54,491 nucleotides of DNA from Eubacteriales bacterium (GCA_045596925.1 JAZODH010000075.1:1-54491), one strand, 5' to 3'. Shown: positions 37,381 to 50,607, numbered from the stretch's first letter. The notes: generated from the sequence alone by a model not told the origin. Numbers and translations are program-made.

Positions 37381-38694
37381 ATGCCATTTGAACACGACGT
37401 ATCTTATGACAGCGGTGTAAGTATTAAAGTCATCGGTGTCGGAGGCGGCGGAAATAACGCCGTTAATCGCATGATTTCCGAAAATATCAAGGGTGTTGAG
37501 TTCATCGCGGTGAACACAGACCGTCAGGCTCTGAGAAATTCAAACACTCCTAACCAGGTAGTTATCGGCGAGAAGATCACAAAGGGATTCGGCGCGGGTG
37601 CCAACCCCGAGATCGGCGCAAGAGCGGCTGAAGAGAGCCTGGACGACATCAAGGCTGCCCTCAGCGGTGCCGACATGGTGTTCATCACCAGCGGTATGGG
37701 CGGCGGTACGGGTACGGGTGCGGCTCCTATCGTCGCAAGAGCGGCAAGAGAACTTGACATTCTGACCGTCGGTATCGTTACAAAGCCCTTCGCGTTCGAG
37801 GGAAGAAGAAGAATGGCGTTTGCCGAAGAGGGTATCGCTAATCTTTCCGACTACGTAGACGCTCTTGTTGTAATTCCCAATGAAAGACTCAAGCAGGTCT
37901 CCGAGACCCGCATCACTCTGGCAAACGCTTTTGAGATCGCTGACGACACTCTCCGTCACGGTGTACAGAGCATTTCCGAGCTTATCAACGTTTCCGGTTT
38001 CATCAATCTGGACTTTGCTGACGTTACTTCCGTTATGAAGGACGCAGGCTACGCTCACATGGGCGTCGGCTCCGCAACGGGTAAGGACAAGGCTGAGCTT
38101 GCCGCAAAGGCTGCTATCTCCAGTCCTCTGCTCGAGACCTCTATCGGCGGCGCTACCGGTATCCTTATCAGCATCACGGCTTCTCCCGACATCGGACTTG
38201 AGGACGTTGATCTGGCATGTAACAAGATCTCCGGCGAGGCTCATCCCGACGCTAACGTCATCTTCGGCGTTGCCTTTGACGAGGACCTTGAGGACGAGAT
38301 GAGAATCACTATCATCGCTACCGGCTTTGAAAAGAAGGAAGAGGACAAGAATACAGTTGCCGCTCCCGTGGTTACAGAGCCTGTAAAGCGCCCCGCATCG
38401 GCAGAAAAGAGCGAGGACGAGTCTCCCGAGGTTCCTACCTTTGAGGCGCCCGCAGCTCCCGCACCTGCTCCTGCGGCAAGACCCCAGTATGCACCCCAGG
38501 CTCCCGCATACGACGTTCCCGGCTACTACGATGCTCCCGCAGCTCCTACATACGCTCCTGCAGAGGGTGCTCCCGCACGTGCTGAGGGCGGTATCATGGC
38601 AGGCGAGACCGTTGGTGACGAGGAATTTGACGAAATGATCAAGATGCTCAGAAACGGAAGTCGCCGCCGCGACGACTTCAGAGGCAGAAGATAA
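37381..38694 (+). CDS. ftsZ: Cell division protein FtsZ
   Basis: VIGVGGGGNNA, GMGGGTGTG, INLDFADV. Confidence 0.98.
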   Translation: MPFEHDVSYDSGVSIKVIGVGGGGNNAVNRMISENIKGVEFIAVNTDRQALRNSNTPNQVVIGEKITKGFGAGANPEIGARAAEESLDDIKAALSGADMVFITSGMGGGTGTGAAPIVARAARELDILTVGIVTKPFAFEGRRRMAFAEEGIANLSDYVDALVVIPNERLKQVSETRITLANAFEIADDTLRHGVQSISELINVSGFINLDFADVTSVMKDAGYAHMGVGSATGKDKAELAAKAAISSPLLETSIGGATGILISITASPDIGLEDVDLACNKISGEAHPDANVIFGVAFDEDLEDEMRITIIATGFEKKEEDKNTVAAPVVTEPVKRPASAEKSEDESPEVPTFEAPAAPAPAPAARPQYAPQAPAYDVPGYYDAPAAPTYAPAEGAPARAEGGIMAGETVGDEEFDEMIKMLRNGSRRRDDFRGRR

Positions 38695-38713
38695 TCTGTC
38701 GTATCTGACAAAT

Positions 38714-38746
38714 AAAGAGTGTTGCCGTGCGCGGCAACACTCTTTT
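38714..38746 (+). terminator. Intrinsic terminator after ftsZ
   Basis: AAAGAGTGTTGCCG-TGCG-CGGCAACACTCTTTT. Confidence 0.8.
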
Positions 38747-38767
38747 GAACTTTTCGGAAATATTAAG

Positions 38768-39484
38768 GTGAACAAAATGAACTTTTCATTGCTCGGTGCA
38801 TTGGTGAACACAGGCACCGTTATCGCAGGAAGTCTGATCGGACTTCTTTTGCGAAAGGGGATATCAAAGAGAATAGCCGATTCAGTGATGCTGGCTATGT
38901 CGTTGTGCGTTGCATGGATAGGATTTACAGGCGCGATCAAGGGGACGAATACTATCGTCATAATTTTGTCGACCCTCATCGGTGCCTTGATCGGAGAGGC
39001 GATAGATATCGACCGACACGTGAATAATCTGGGTAAAAAGCTGGAAAACAAGGTGGGCGAGGGACACGGAAACGTGGCTCAGGGCTTCGTTTCGGCAACG
39101 CTTCTTTTCTGTGTAGGCTCCATGACTGTCCTGGGCGCGCTCGAGAGCGGTCTGACGGGAAATCATTCGACACAATATGCCAAATCCCTGCTTGACTTCG
39201 TTTCGTCCATGATCTATGCCTCGACCTTCGGCATCGGAGTTATTTTTGCCGCAGGCTCGGTGCTTCTGATACAGGGAAGCATAACTCTTATGGCCACTTG
39301 GCTCGAGCCGTTGCTGTCGGCGTCGGTCATCACCGAAATGACCGCGGTAGGCTCAATATTTATTATCGGACTTGCGCTCAACATGATGGGCGTTACGAAA
39401 TTTAAGTTGATGAACTATATTCCGGCAATTTTCTTGCCGATACTGCTTTGTCCGCTTTACGATTACATAACAGGACTTTTTTGA
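38768..39484 (+). CDS. DUF554-family membrane protein
   Basis: GALVN, LFCVGSM, KSLLD, QGSI motifs; multiple TM helices. Confidence 0.88.
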   Translation: MNKMNFSLLGALVNTGTVIAGSLIGLLLRKGISKRIADSVMLAMSLCVAWIGFTGAIKGTNTIVIILSTLIGALIGEAIDIDRHVNNLGKKLENKVGEGHGNVAQGFVSATLLFCVGSMTVLGALESGLTGNHSTQYAKSLLDFVSSMIYASTFGIGVIFAAGSVLLIQGSITLMATWLEPLLSASVITEMTAVGSIFIIGLALNMMGVTKFKLMNYIPAIFLPILLCPLYDYITGLF

Positions 39485-39493
39485 GGAATAAAC

Positions 39494-40453
39494 ATGAAAG
39501 ATCTTTATCCTATGCGGCTTTCACCCCTTCCCATGGAAAGACTTTGGGGTGGTGACAAGCTGGGGAAATTTTATAATAAAAAATGTGCGGAGGGCACGGG
39601 TGAGACCTGGGAGCTTTCGGTGCGTCAAAAAGAAAAAAGCGTAGTTGCAAACGGAATTTTTGAGGGCAAAACCCTTTTTGAGCTGATTGACGGGGACAAG
39701 TCCTTGATGGGAACACGCTTTGCAGGCGGCGAATTTCCACTCCTGATCAAATTTATTGACGCGGCAGATGATCTGTCCGTTCAGGTTCACCCCGACGACG
39801 AGTACGCTGCGAGAGTTGAAAACGACGTGGGCAAGACCGAGATGTGGCACATCGTTGAGGCGGAACCCGGGGCAAAGTTGGTTTACGGCCTTGGTGACGG
39901 CGTGACTCCCGAGGATTTTGCTCGCGCCGTGCGCGAGGGAAAAACTCAGAGCGCGCTCAAGCAAGTGGAGGTCCACACGGGAGAGTCCTATTTTATCCCC
40001 GCAGGACTTGTCCACGCTATCGGCGGTGGAATCCTGCTTGCCGAGGTCCAGCAGAACTGCGATCTGACCTACCGTGTATACGATTTTGACCGTCTTGACA
40101 AGAACGGAAAACCTCGGGAACTTCATACGGAAAAGGCTATCGAGTGCGTAAAATGCTTTTCCGACGAGGACATTGATGCCATTCGTTTTGAATGTTGCAC
40201 CGACGGTCGCGACGGCGAGATTTTGGCGGACTGCCGATATTTCAAGGTCAGAAGGCTTGAGGTGAGCGGTGAACGTCACGTGGACGTGACAAAAGAGAGT
40301 TTTATTCACTTGCTTTGCGTCAAGGGCGACGGCAAGCTGATCTGCGGTGGTGAGGAACACGAGATAAAGCGCGGCGACAGCTATTTTTTGCCCGCAAGAC
40401 TTGGAAATGCGACACTCACGGGAGACATGACGGTTATTTTGTCACAGATCTGA
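39494..40453 (+). CDS. manA: Type I mannose-6-phosphate isomerase
   Basis: WGG, GETWE, FPLLIK, LSVQVHP, GKTEMW, HAIG, TYRVYD. Confidence 0.92.
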   Translation: MKDLYPMRLSPLPMERLWGGDKLGKFYNKKCAEGTGETWELSVRQKEKSVVANGIFEGKTLFELIDGDKSLMGTRFAGGEFPLLIKFIDAADDLSVQVHPDDEYAARVENDVGKTEMWHIVEAEPGAKLVYGLGDGVTPEDFARAVREGKTQSALKQVEVHTGESYFIPAGLVHAIGGGILLAEVQQNCDLTYRVYDFDRLDKNGKPRELHTEKAIECVKCFSDEDIDAIRFECCTDGRDGEILADCRYFKVRRLEVSGERHVDVTKESFIHLLCVKGDGKLICGGEEHEIKRGDSYFLPARLGNATLTGDMTVILSQI

Positions 40454-40469
40454 CAGGAAAGGTAAAAAA

Positions 40470-42473
40470 TTGAGAAACAAAGAAGAAAAACAAAAGAAAA
40501 ATACCACTCCTTTATCCCAAAGAATAAAAAACAAGGTCAGATCTGATCTTGAGGCTGTGAAAAATATCCCCCGGGACGTAAAGACCTATTTCTCCGAGCT
40601 TCCCGGGCGCATGAAGACCTGGGACGCGGCCGACTGGATTTTGGCTGTTATAAAGGTCCTGCGAATCGTTGTGACGTTGGCGGCGCTGGTGGGCTTCCCA
40701 TACGTTGCCTACACTATGCAGGAGTCCTTTTATTACAGCGTTGAGGACATGAATGAGGGTATGTTCGAATACAATCTGCTGTTCGTGTACCTGGTGGAGC
40801 TGTTTATTATGGCTCTTACCTGGTCACCCAGATGGGCGGTCTTTGGCACGACCCTTATGTGCGGATTTCTGGGCGTGACCCAGTATGCGGTAATGCTTTT
40901 CCGCTTCACTCCCATAATGCCTTGGGACGTTTTGTCGCTGGGAGTGGGGCTGTCCGTGGTAGGAAATTACGAGTTCGTCTGGAACGACAAGATAAAGATA
41001 TGGGTGGCTCTTTACATAGCCATGCTGATAATCTCGCTGATTTTGCTTGCAAAGCCCAAAAAGCCCAGGATCGGAAAGTGGCCCGTGCGGATCTTATGCG
41101 CGGTGCTCTGCATTCTAATGATGGGCGGATACGTTGATCAGTCAAGCGACGAGAAGTTCCAGACCAAGATGGGATATTACCCTTATTTGTTTACCCCTAC
41201 GGTAGTTTACCGTCGAAACGGATTTTATTTCAGCTTTACTTCGCTTCTCAAATATCTGAATATTGAGGAGCCTCGGGGATACGACCCCGACAAGCTTATG
41301 GAGGAAGCCCATACGCTGATCGAAGCGGAGCGCAAAAAGGGACAGGCAAGCATAGACGAAGAAAATAAAATGCCCAATATTATCGTCATCATGAACGAGG
41401 CGTTTTCGGATATTGAGGTTCACGGCGACATAGACACGGATGACGTGGAGATCATGCCCTTTATAAATTCCCTCACCGAAAACACCGTCAAGGGCTGGGC
41501 TTATTCCTCGGTCAAGGGCGGAAATACCCCCAACTCCGAGTTTGAATTTCTCACGGGCGACACCATGGCGTTTCTGCCTGCGGGAAGTATCCCCTATCAG
41601 CAGTATCTGAAGGGCGAGACCCCCAACTTCTTCTCTCAACTTGCAAATCTGGGCTACAAGACCTACGGCGTTCACCCATACAACGCATCGGGCTGGCAAC
41701 GGGATACGGTCTACCCAATGCTTGGCATTTCCGAGAGCTTTTTCAACCGTGATTTCCTCTATCCCAAGCGGGTCAGAGACTATATTTCGGACGAATCGGT
41801 CTATGATATGATAAAGGAACTGACAAGTCAAAACAGGGGCACGGGCAAGCCTTGCGCGGTATTTGCCGTTACCATGCAGAACCACGGCGGATATACCAAC
41901 GGTCACACCTACGGGAATTTTACGCAGGATGTGGAAATTTACAATATCCGTTCGACCTCGGCAGGTCAAGTGTCCACCTATCTGTCGCTTATAAAGCTGT
42001 CGGACAAGGCCTTTGAAGGGCTTGTGCAGTCCTATGAGAAGGACAGCACGCCTACCATAATCCTCATGTTCGGCGACCACCAGCCAAACGGTACGGTTAC
42101 AACTCCCGTTCTCAATGCCTTCGGAAAATCCAGCGTTCCCGCGAACATGGAGGAGCTTGCGGCGCAGTACGTTGTGCCTTTCGTCATGTGGGCGAATTAC
42201 GACATTGAAGAGCAGACCGAGGTGGTCACGAGTCTTAATTATCTGAATATTCTTCTGACCGAATCTGCGGGAATTGAGCTTAGTGACTATCAGCTTTTCC
42301 GCCGCGGACTTATGGAAGAATACCCCGTCATGACCGCCAATTTTGCCATTGACGCCGACGGAAATATCATTACCGTCGATGCTATGCAGAGCGATAACGT
42401 GGAGACCTACAAAAAGCTCCAGTACGCGCATCTTTTTGACCGCAAAAGAATACTTACCAATTTCTACGAATAA
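40470..42473 (+). CDS. LTA synthase / sulfatase-family membrane protein
   Basis: N-terminal TM block; PNIIVIMNEAF, GGNTPNSEFE, TMQNHG, FGDHQP. Confidence 0.88.
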   Translation: MRNKEEKQKKNTTPLSQRIKNKVRSDLEAVKNIPRDVKTYFSELPGRMKTWDAADWILAVIKVLRIVVTLAALVGFPYVAYTMQESFYYSVEDMNEGMFEYNLLFVYLVELFIMALTWSPRWAVFGTTLMCGFLGVTQYAVMLFRFTPIMPWDVLSLGVGLSVVGNYEFVWNDKIKIWVALYIAMLIISLILLAKPKKPRIGKWPVRILCAVLCILMMGGYVDQSSDEKFQTKMGYYPYLFTPTVVYRRNGFYFSFTSLLKYLNIEEPRGYDPDKLMEEAHTLIEAERKKGQASIDEENKMPNIIVIMNEAFSDIEVHGDIDTDDVEIMPFINSLTENTVKGWAYSSVKGGNTPNSEFEFLTGDTMAFLPAGSIPYQQYLKGETPNFFSQLANLGYKTYGVHPYNASGWQRDTVYPMLGISESFFNRDFLYPKRVRDYISDESVYDMIKELTSQNRGTGKPCAVFAVTMQNHGGYTNGHTYGNFTQDVEIYNIRSTSAGQVSTYLSLIKLSDKAFEGLVQSYEKDSTPTIILMFGDHQPNGTVTTPVLNAFGKSSVPANMEELAAQYVVPFVMWANYDIEEQTEVVTSLNYLNILLTESAGIELSDYQLFRRGLMEEYPVMTANFAIDADGNIITVDAMQSDNVETYKKLQYAHLFDRKRILTNFYE

Positions 42474-42500
42474 AAAAAGACGGCTATGCCGTCTTTTTTT
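42472..42500. terminator. Bidirectional terminator
   Basis: AAAAAAAGACGGC-TAT-GCCGTCTTTTTTT. Confidence 0.8.
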
Positions 42501-42990
42501 ATGTGCGCTCCTTTATTTTATCCGCCAGCCGTCCGATCTCCTCGGTGTAGATGGTGGGCATGACGAAATCTTCGTTTTCGCGGTTTGATTCAATGAATGC
42601 TTTCAGGAGAAATCTGTCAAATGCGCTCTGCCGGTCTGGCTTCAGCTCTCCCCCAAGGGAAGTGTAGGCAAGCGACGATTCAAGGAGTGGTGCAGGGAAG
42701 TTTTTCTTGAAATATTCCTGCGTGTTGCCGTCCAGACCGCAGCAGATGAAAAATGCGTATCTTAACGGCTCAAAGGTATTGGACTCAATAAACTTTTTGG
42801 CCGCTTTATGAAGTTTTCCCATGCGGATAGGCCCGCCCACCACCGTGAAATCAAAGTCGGCAGGGCGCAGGTCGCTCACCTTTGATAGGTCAGCTACCGT
42901 CACGTCGTGCTGCGGCAGGAGCTGAGCCAATTTCTCGGCGCAGATGCGCGTCGTGCCGCTTTTCGTTGCGTATGCTATAAGAATTTTCAT
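42499..42990 (-). CDS. Flavodoxin-domain protein (HemG-like)
   Basis: ILIAYATKSGTT FMN-binding loop, VVGGPIRMG. Confidence 0.85.
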   Translation of the reverse strand: MKILIAYATKSGTTRICAEKLAQLLPQHDVTVADLSKVSDLRPADFDFTVVGGPIRMGKLHKAAKKFIESNTFEPLRYAFFICCGLDGNTQEYFKKNFPAPLLESSLAYTSLGGELKPDRQSAFDRFLLKAFIESNRENEDFVMPTIYTEEIGRLADKIKERT

Positions 42991-43050
42991 TTTATGTGTC
43001 TCCGAGCTAAATTGTTGTTGACTAATTTACCTTTGAATGGTAAAATATAA

Positions 43051-45970
<2,920 letters not shown>

Positions 45971-46069
45971 CAAAAAAATTATGCAATTATTATATTGAAA
46001 TATTATTCATCTTGATGTATAATATTCACAATATTACAATCGAAATTTATTTTTTAAGGAGATATAACC

Positions 46070-47146
46070 GTGAAAAAGCTTAACGTTGGCGTTATCGGCG
46101 CCACAGGTATGGTCGGTCAGAGATTTCTGACACTTCTTGATAATCACCCCTATTTTAAGGTAACGGCCCTCGCCGCATCCTCCCGTTCCGCGGGCAAGAC
46201 CTACGAGGAGGCTCTTGGCGGCAGATGGAAGCTGAAGGCTCCCATTCCTGAGTTTGCAAAGAAGATGGTAGTTATCGACGCATCCAAGGTCGAGGAGATG
46301 AAGCCCCTGGTCGACTTCGTTTTCTGCGCCGTTGACATGAAGAAGGACGAGGTCCTGGCACTTGAAGAGATGTACGCAAAGGCTGAGATCCCCGTGGTTT
46401 CAAACAACTCCGCAAACAGAAAGACTCCCGACGTTCCCATGGTGATTCCGGAGATCAACGACGAGCATCTTGAGATCATTGCGGCACAGAAGAAGAGACT
46501 GGGCACCGAAAAGGGCTTTATTGCTGTTAAGCCCAACTGCTCTATCCAGAGCTACGTTCCCATGCTTACGCCTCTGCGCAAGTACGGCATCAAGCAGGTG
46601 GTTGCAACTACATACCAGGCGATCTCAGGCGCGGGCAAGACATTTAACGAGTGGCCCGAGATGGTGGATAACGTGATCCCCTTCATCGGCGGCGAGGAAG
46701 AGAAGAGTGAGCAGGAGCCTCTGCGCATTTGGGGTAAGGTCGAGGACGGCAAGATCGTACCCGCTGACGACACGCTCATCACAACTCAGTGCATTCGCGT
46801 TCCCGTAACCGACGGCCACACGGCGGCAGTTTTCGTAAACTTTGAGAACAAGCCCACAAAGGAGGAGATCCTTCAGGCTTGGGCATCTTTTAAGGGCAAG
46901 CCCCAGGAGCTGGAACTTCCCCATGCACCCGCACAGTTCGTGACTTACTTTGAGGAAGACAACCGTCCCCAGGCGGCTCTGGACCGCGACATTTACGGCG
47001 GTATGGGCGTTACCTGCGGCAGACTCCGCGAGGACGCAATGTTCGACTATAAGTTTGTGGGGCTTTCCCACAACACGTTGCGTGGTGCGGCAGGCGGCGC
47101 GGTGCTTATCGCAGAGCTTCTCTACAAGCTTGGTTATCTGTATTAA
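46070..47146 (+). CDS. asd: Aspartate-semialdehyde dehydrogenase
   Basis: GATGMVGQR, PNCS, YQAISGAG, RVPVTDGH, HNTLRGAAG. Confidence 0.97.
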   Translation: MKKLNVGVIGATGMVGQRFLTLLDNHPYFKVTALAASSRSAGKTYEEALGGRWKLKAPIPEFAKKMVVIDASKVEEMKPLVDFVFCAVDMKKDEVLALEEMYAKAEIPVVSNNSANRKTPDVPMVIPEINDEHLEIIAAQKKRLGTEKGFIAVKPNCSIQSYVPMLTPLRKYGIKQVVATTYQAISGAGKTFNEWPEMVDNVIPFIGGEEEKSEQEPLRIWGKVEDGKIVPADDTLITTQCIRVPVTDGHTAAVFVNFENKPTKEEILQAWASFKGKPQELELPHAPAQFVTYFEEDNRPQAALDRDIYGGMGVTCGRLREDAMFDYKFVGLSHNTLRGAAGGAVLIAELLYKLGYLY

Positions 47147-47161
47147 TTTCTTGATTCGTAT

Positions 47162-47237
47162 AAAAAAACGACGGTGTTTAGCCGTCGTTTTTTCTCTTTA
47201 GTTTGGGGAGTCCAGACCCCTTTTCAAAGGAGCTTGG
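47162..47237. repeat. Dispersed intergenic repeat, copy 2 (includes bidirectional terminator hairpin)
   Basis: Reverse complement closely matches 12145-12221. Confidence 0.85.
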
Positions 47238-48098
47238 TCAATACACCCATTTGCTTGGGATGAAATGGTCGGTATAGATACCGTGGAGACCGAATTTTCT
47301 CCAATTTTCAAAGGTTGAAAGGTCGTTTACCGTGTGGGTGTAGACCACGACGCCAACGTCGGAAACCCGCGCGAGCAGTTCCTCGTTGAGTACCGTTTCG
47401 GGTATAGTCACCGCATATGGCTTTTGCTCACATATAAAGCTCACTATCTCTCTGACGGGACTGTTCATGGCGTAAAGAGTGAGTATAACGTCATTGAATC
47501 CCAGCTCTCGTGCCGTTATGTATTCCTCATAGGAATAAGTCTGGGGAATGAAGCGGTCTTTTCCCGCCAGGGTTGACAGATGGGTGAGGAATGGCAGATT
47601 TTCGCACTTTGCATCTGTGACAATTCTGCAATCAGGGTGATCTTCAAGCCACTCGACCAGCATATCCAGATCGAGCAGGGTGAGATCGGCAAAGACGTCG
47701 GAAGCCAAAAACTCGCTGTGCGTCAGTTGACCCTGCGAAAAGAGCATTCGCTCTGCCATAGACTCCCAATCGTGCAGGAGGACATACGCCCCGTCCGAGG
47801 TGATCTGGAAATCAAGCTCGATGAGACGAAAACCGTTTGCGTAGGCGTTGTTTATTGCTTCGAGAGAGTTTGAGAGACGGTAGCCGTAGATCGAACCGCC
47901 CGCGTGCGCAATAAGGGCAGGGTAGTCTGCCTTGTTCCAGGCGTCGGATACGTCGGGTAGAGGCTCTGTGTCGGGTGGAGAAGTTTTGGGGGTGTCAGCA
48001 GGATCTGTGTCGATAGGGTTGACCGAGCCGTTTGCTGTGCAAGCGCACAGGATCAGTACTGCCGCCGCCATTATTAAGATCAAACGCCAAAAACGCAC
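47238..48098 (-). CDS. Glycerophosphodiester phosphodiesterase-family lipoprotein
   Basis: GGAGG RBS and GTG start, LCAC lipobox, IAHAGG, IELD, LLHDW. Confidence 0.85.
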   Translation of the reverse strand: MRFWRLILIMAAAVLILCACTANGSVNPIDTDPADTPKTSPPDTEPLPDVSDAWNKADYPALIAHAGGSIYGYRLSNSLEAINNAYANGFRLIELDFQITSDGAYVLLHDWESMAERMLFSQGQLTHSEFLASDVFADLTLLDLDMLVEWLEDHPDCRIVTDAKCENLPFLTHLSTLAGKDRFIPQTYSYEEYITARELGFNDVILTLYAMNSPVREIVSFICEQKPYAVTIPETVLNEELLARVSDVGVVVYTHTVNDLSTFENWRKFGLHGIYTDHFIPSKWVY

Positions 48099-48179
48099 CT
48101 TTCTCCCTCCTTTGCTTGTCTGATATTGTCTCATTATAGCACGATTTTTCTGTTTCGTCAAGACCGGGCAGGGAAACGT

Positions 48180-48228
48180 GACCGCAGCAGAAAACGACGG
48201 CAACAAGCCGTCGTTTTCTGCTGCGGTC
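48180..48228. terminator. 22-bp-stem hairpin downstream of spoVT
   Basis: GACCGCAGCAGAAAACGACGGC-AACAA-GCCGTCGTTTTCTGCTGCGGTC. Confidence 0.75.
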
Positions 48229-48254
48229 TGTTTTTTGTGTTAGCTTCGGCTGGC

Positions 48255-48722
48255 TCAGGTCTCCAGCTGACGTCCCAGAAATGAGGCGGCAGTTTGTATG
48301 AGCTTTGCTTCGATCTCGCCGTTGCTCATCTGATTTTTAGAGTCACCGTCGCTCATGACTGAAGCAACGCAACCAATGATGTCCCCCTCGGAGAGGATGG
48401 GCATGGCACAGCTGACGTAATGAGGTGCGCCGTCGGCGGTGACGGGGATCTTTTCCGCGCCGTCGCGCCAGGTGTAGAGACTTCTGTTTTCGATCAGGGA
48501 TTCAAGCTCGCCGGAGAGCGGCTTTTCCGAGTATTCTTTTTTGGGCACGCCCGCGCAAGCGATAACTGCGTCGCGGTCGCAGATGACTACGGACAGAGAG
48601 CAGGTCTTGTGCAGGGTCTCGGCATACTGACCCGCAAATTCGGTAAGCTCACCTATGGGTGAGTATTTTTTGAAGATGACCTCCCCCTCGCGGTCGGTGA
48701 AAATTTCCAACGGGTCGCCCTC
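48255..48722 (-). pseudogene. spoVT: 3' portion of interrupted stage V sporulation protein T gene
   Basis: EGDPLEIFTDREGEVIFKKYSPIGEL...ICDRD...PILSEGDIIG...TAASFLGRQLE corresponds to SpoVT from about residue 30; the MKATGIVRRIDDLGR N-terminus is not in the window. Confidence 0.9.
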
Positions 48723-50465
48723 GCTGATAACATTGACAGTATAAGCCTTAGTCGGCTGATTTACCGACTTATGGGTGTACTTGGTACTAAATGCGCTACC
48801 TATACTGTCATAATTAAAATTTACGTTTTCCTCTCGGCAGGGAAGTGTACCTGTTTTGAGCAGTTGTTCAATATCCGTTTTCAGCTGAATATCGACTGTG
48901 TTGCTGTCGAAAACCGAAATTTTGTCAACGATAAGGGAGATGTCCGACTTGCTCAATTTTTCTTTGGCTAAAATATCGTCAAAGACATCGAACACGGTCT
49001 TTGCTACTCTCGCGATCTCAACGATAGAGCTTCGTTTTTCTATGCAGTCCTGTAACTGTGCCTGGCACCCATAGATTTTGTGGGTTACTTCTTCTTCCAA
49101 TTCTCTGTAGGTCTCCTCGATTAAATCCTCGTCGTCGGGGTTTTTGCATATATCCTTGATCTTTTGCTTTTTCAGCGCCTTGAGCTCCTCTTTTGCGCTG
49201 TCAAGCTGTTTTTCTAAGATTTTGATGATCTTGTCGCTGTCCTTTACGGACTCTCCCTCGACGGCGATGGTTTTCTCAAGCTCGGAGATTATGCTTTGAC
49301 AGTTCTGCTTTATCAGGCGAACGTAATCCTTCAGAACCGAGTCGAGAAAATCAATTCTTGTGTTGTGCGAAGAACAGGCTTTGGAACCGCGCTTGTGATA
49401 GGTTCCGCAAATATATGACGAGGGCAGGTCGGGTCGGCTTCGGCTGAACATCGGGCTCTGGCAATCTCCGCAGAACAAATATCCCGTATAGGGAGTTTCG
49501 TATTTTTTTGTGCCGCGATAGTGTGATGTTGACCTTTTTGCTAACAGCTCTTGAGTGTATAAAAATGTCTTGTCGTCGATTATGGCTTCGTGGTGCTTCT
49601 CAATCACGATGTGTTCGCTTTTGTCCAGCCGCTTGTCTGCTCCTTTGATGCTTTTTCTTGTGTACTTGTGTCCTCTGAAGGTGCCGATGTAGTAATCGTT
49701 TTCGAGAATTGATTGAACGGTTATTATGCTCCATTCATTCTTGACAGTTCGGTTGTAGCTTTTGTCCTCCGCTTCGGCGCGTTCCTTTTCCTTCATTCTT
49801 GGGGTGGGGATATTCTTGTCGGTGAGATGGTTTGCGATTTTTTTGTATCCCATACCCTTCTCCGAATAAAGACGGTAGATCTCCTTTATAACCTCTGCCT
49901 CGTCGGGAACAACGGCAACTTCGTTTTTCTTCTGATTTTTGATGACGTAACCGTACGGAACGGCGCAAAGCCATTCGCCTGCCTGTTGCATACTTGCGAT
50001 ACTTTTTCTCACGCTTTCGCTGGTGGTGGTTACGGGCATTTCGTTGAATACGAAATGCATTGCGATCAGCTGCCAGTTGTTGTCGGTGGGATAGTCTACA
50101 CTGTCCATTATGCTGATGATGCGGATCCCCTTGTCACGCATCTGCTCAAGTTCCCAAAGACCGAGGCTGGTTCGTCTTGAAAAACGGGAGAAGTTTTTGA
50201 CTATGATTATTTTTGACTTGCCGCTGAGCAGGTTTTTCTTCATAGTCATGTAATTTTCTCGTTCCTCGAAGGTGTAACCCGATCTGTCGCGGTCAACGTA
50301 TTCCTTTACGGTGCAGTTGGGGAAGTGTTGCTTGACGAACGTATTTATAATTCTCAACTGGTTTTCGATTGAGGTGTTAGAATCGCTTTCTTTTTCGGTG
50401 TCTACGGAAATTCTCGCGTATGCGGAGATCTCCTCTCTCAATTCATAATCGGGAGTCGTTACCAT
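48255..50465 (-). CDS. Large serine recombinase fused in frame to the C-terminal part of SpoVT
   Basis: YARIS catalytic Ser, DRDRSG, VKNFSRFSR, VPYGY, Zn ribbon CGDC...C...C and coiled coil (residues 1-581), followed by the SpoVT sequence. Confidence 0.93.
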   Translation of the reverse strand: MVTTPDYELREEISAYARISVDTEKESDSNTSIENQLRIINTFVKQHFPNCTVKEYVDRDRSGYTFEERENYMTMKKNLLSGKSKIIIVKNFSRFSRRTSLGLWELEQMRDKGIRIISIMDSVDYPTDNNWQLIAMHFVFNEMPVTTTSESVRKSIASMQQAGEWLCAVPYGYVIKNQKKNEVAVVPDEAEVIKEIYRLYSEKGMGYKKIANHLTDKNIPTPRMKEKERAEAEDKSYNRTVKNEWSIITVQSILENDYYIGTFRGHKYTRKSIKGADKRLDKSEHIVIEKHHEAIIDDKTFLYTQELLAKRSTSHYRGTKKYETPYTGYLFCGDCQSPMFSRSRPDLPSSYICGTYHKRGSKACSSHNTRIDFLDSVLKDYVRLIKQNCQSIISELEKTIAVEGESVKDSDKIIKILEKQLDSAKEELKALKKQKIKDICKNPDDEDLIEETYRELEEEVTHKIYGCQAQLQDCIEKRSSIVEIARVAKTVFDVFDDILAKEKLSKSDISLIVDKISVFDSNTVDIQLKTDIEQLLKTGTLPCREENVNFNYDSIGSAFSTKYTHKSVNQPTKAYTVNVISEGDPLEIFTDREGEVIFKKYSPIGELTEFAGQYAETLHKTCSLSVVICDRDAVIACAGVPKKEYSEKPLSGELESLIENRSLYTWRDGAEKIPVTADGAPHYVSCAMPILSEGDIIGCVASVMSDGDSKNQMSNGEIEAKLIQTAASFLGRQLET

Positions 50466-50498
50466 GTTATATATTTCCTTTCGGTATCATCTTGCAAT

Positions 50499-50527
50499 AT
50501 TGTAACACAAAATTTCAAAAAAATCAA
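50499..50527 (-). promoter_or_regulatory. Sigma-A-type promoter of the serine recombinase
   Basis: TTGATT-17 bp-TACAAT with extended TG; AAGGA RBS downstream. Confidence 0.65.
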
Positions 50528-50607
50528 GTACCTTATAAAAAATATGCGGCACAATTTGTACCGCATTGGTGTATGTTATGTCTTTAGAGTAGGATCTTTT
50601 TTTCAAT

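Noticed and set aside
48690-48750. Exact att core and inverted arms at the spoVT junction
   Set aside because: Only weak symmetry is visible; the crossover cannot be fixed without the other end of the element.
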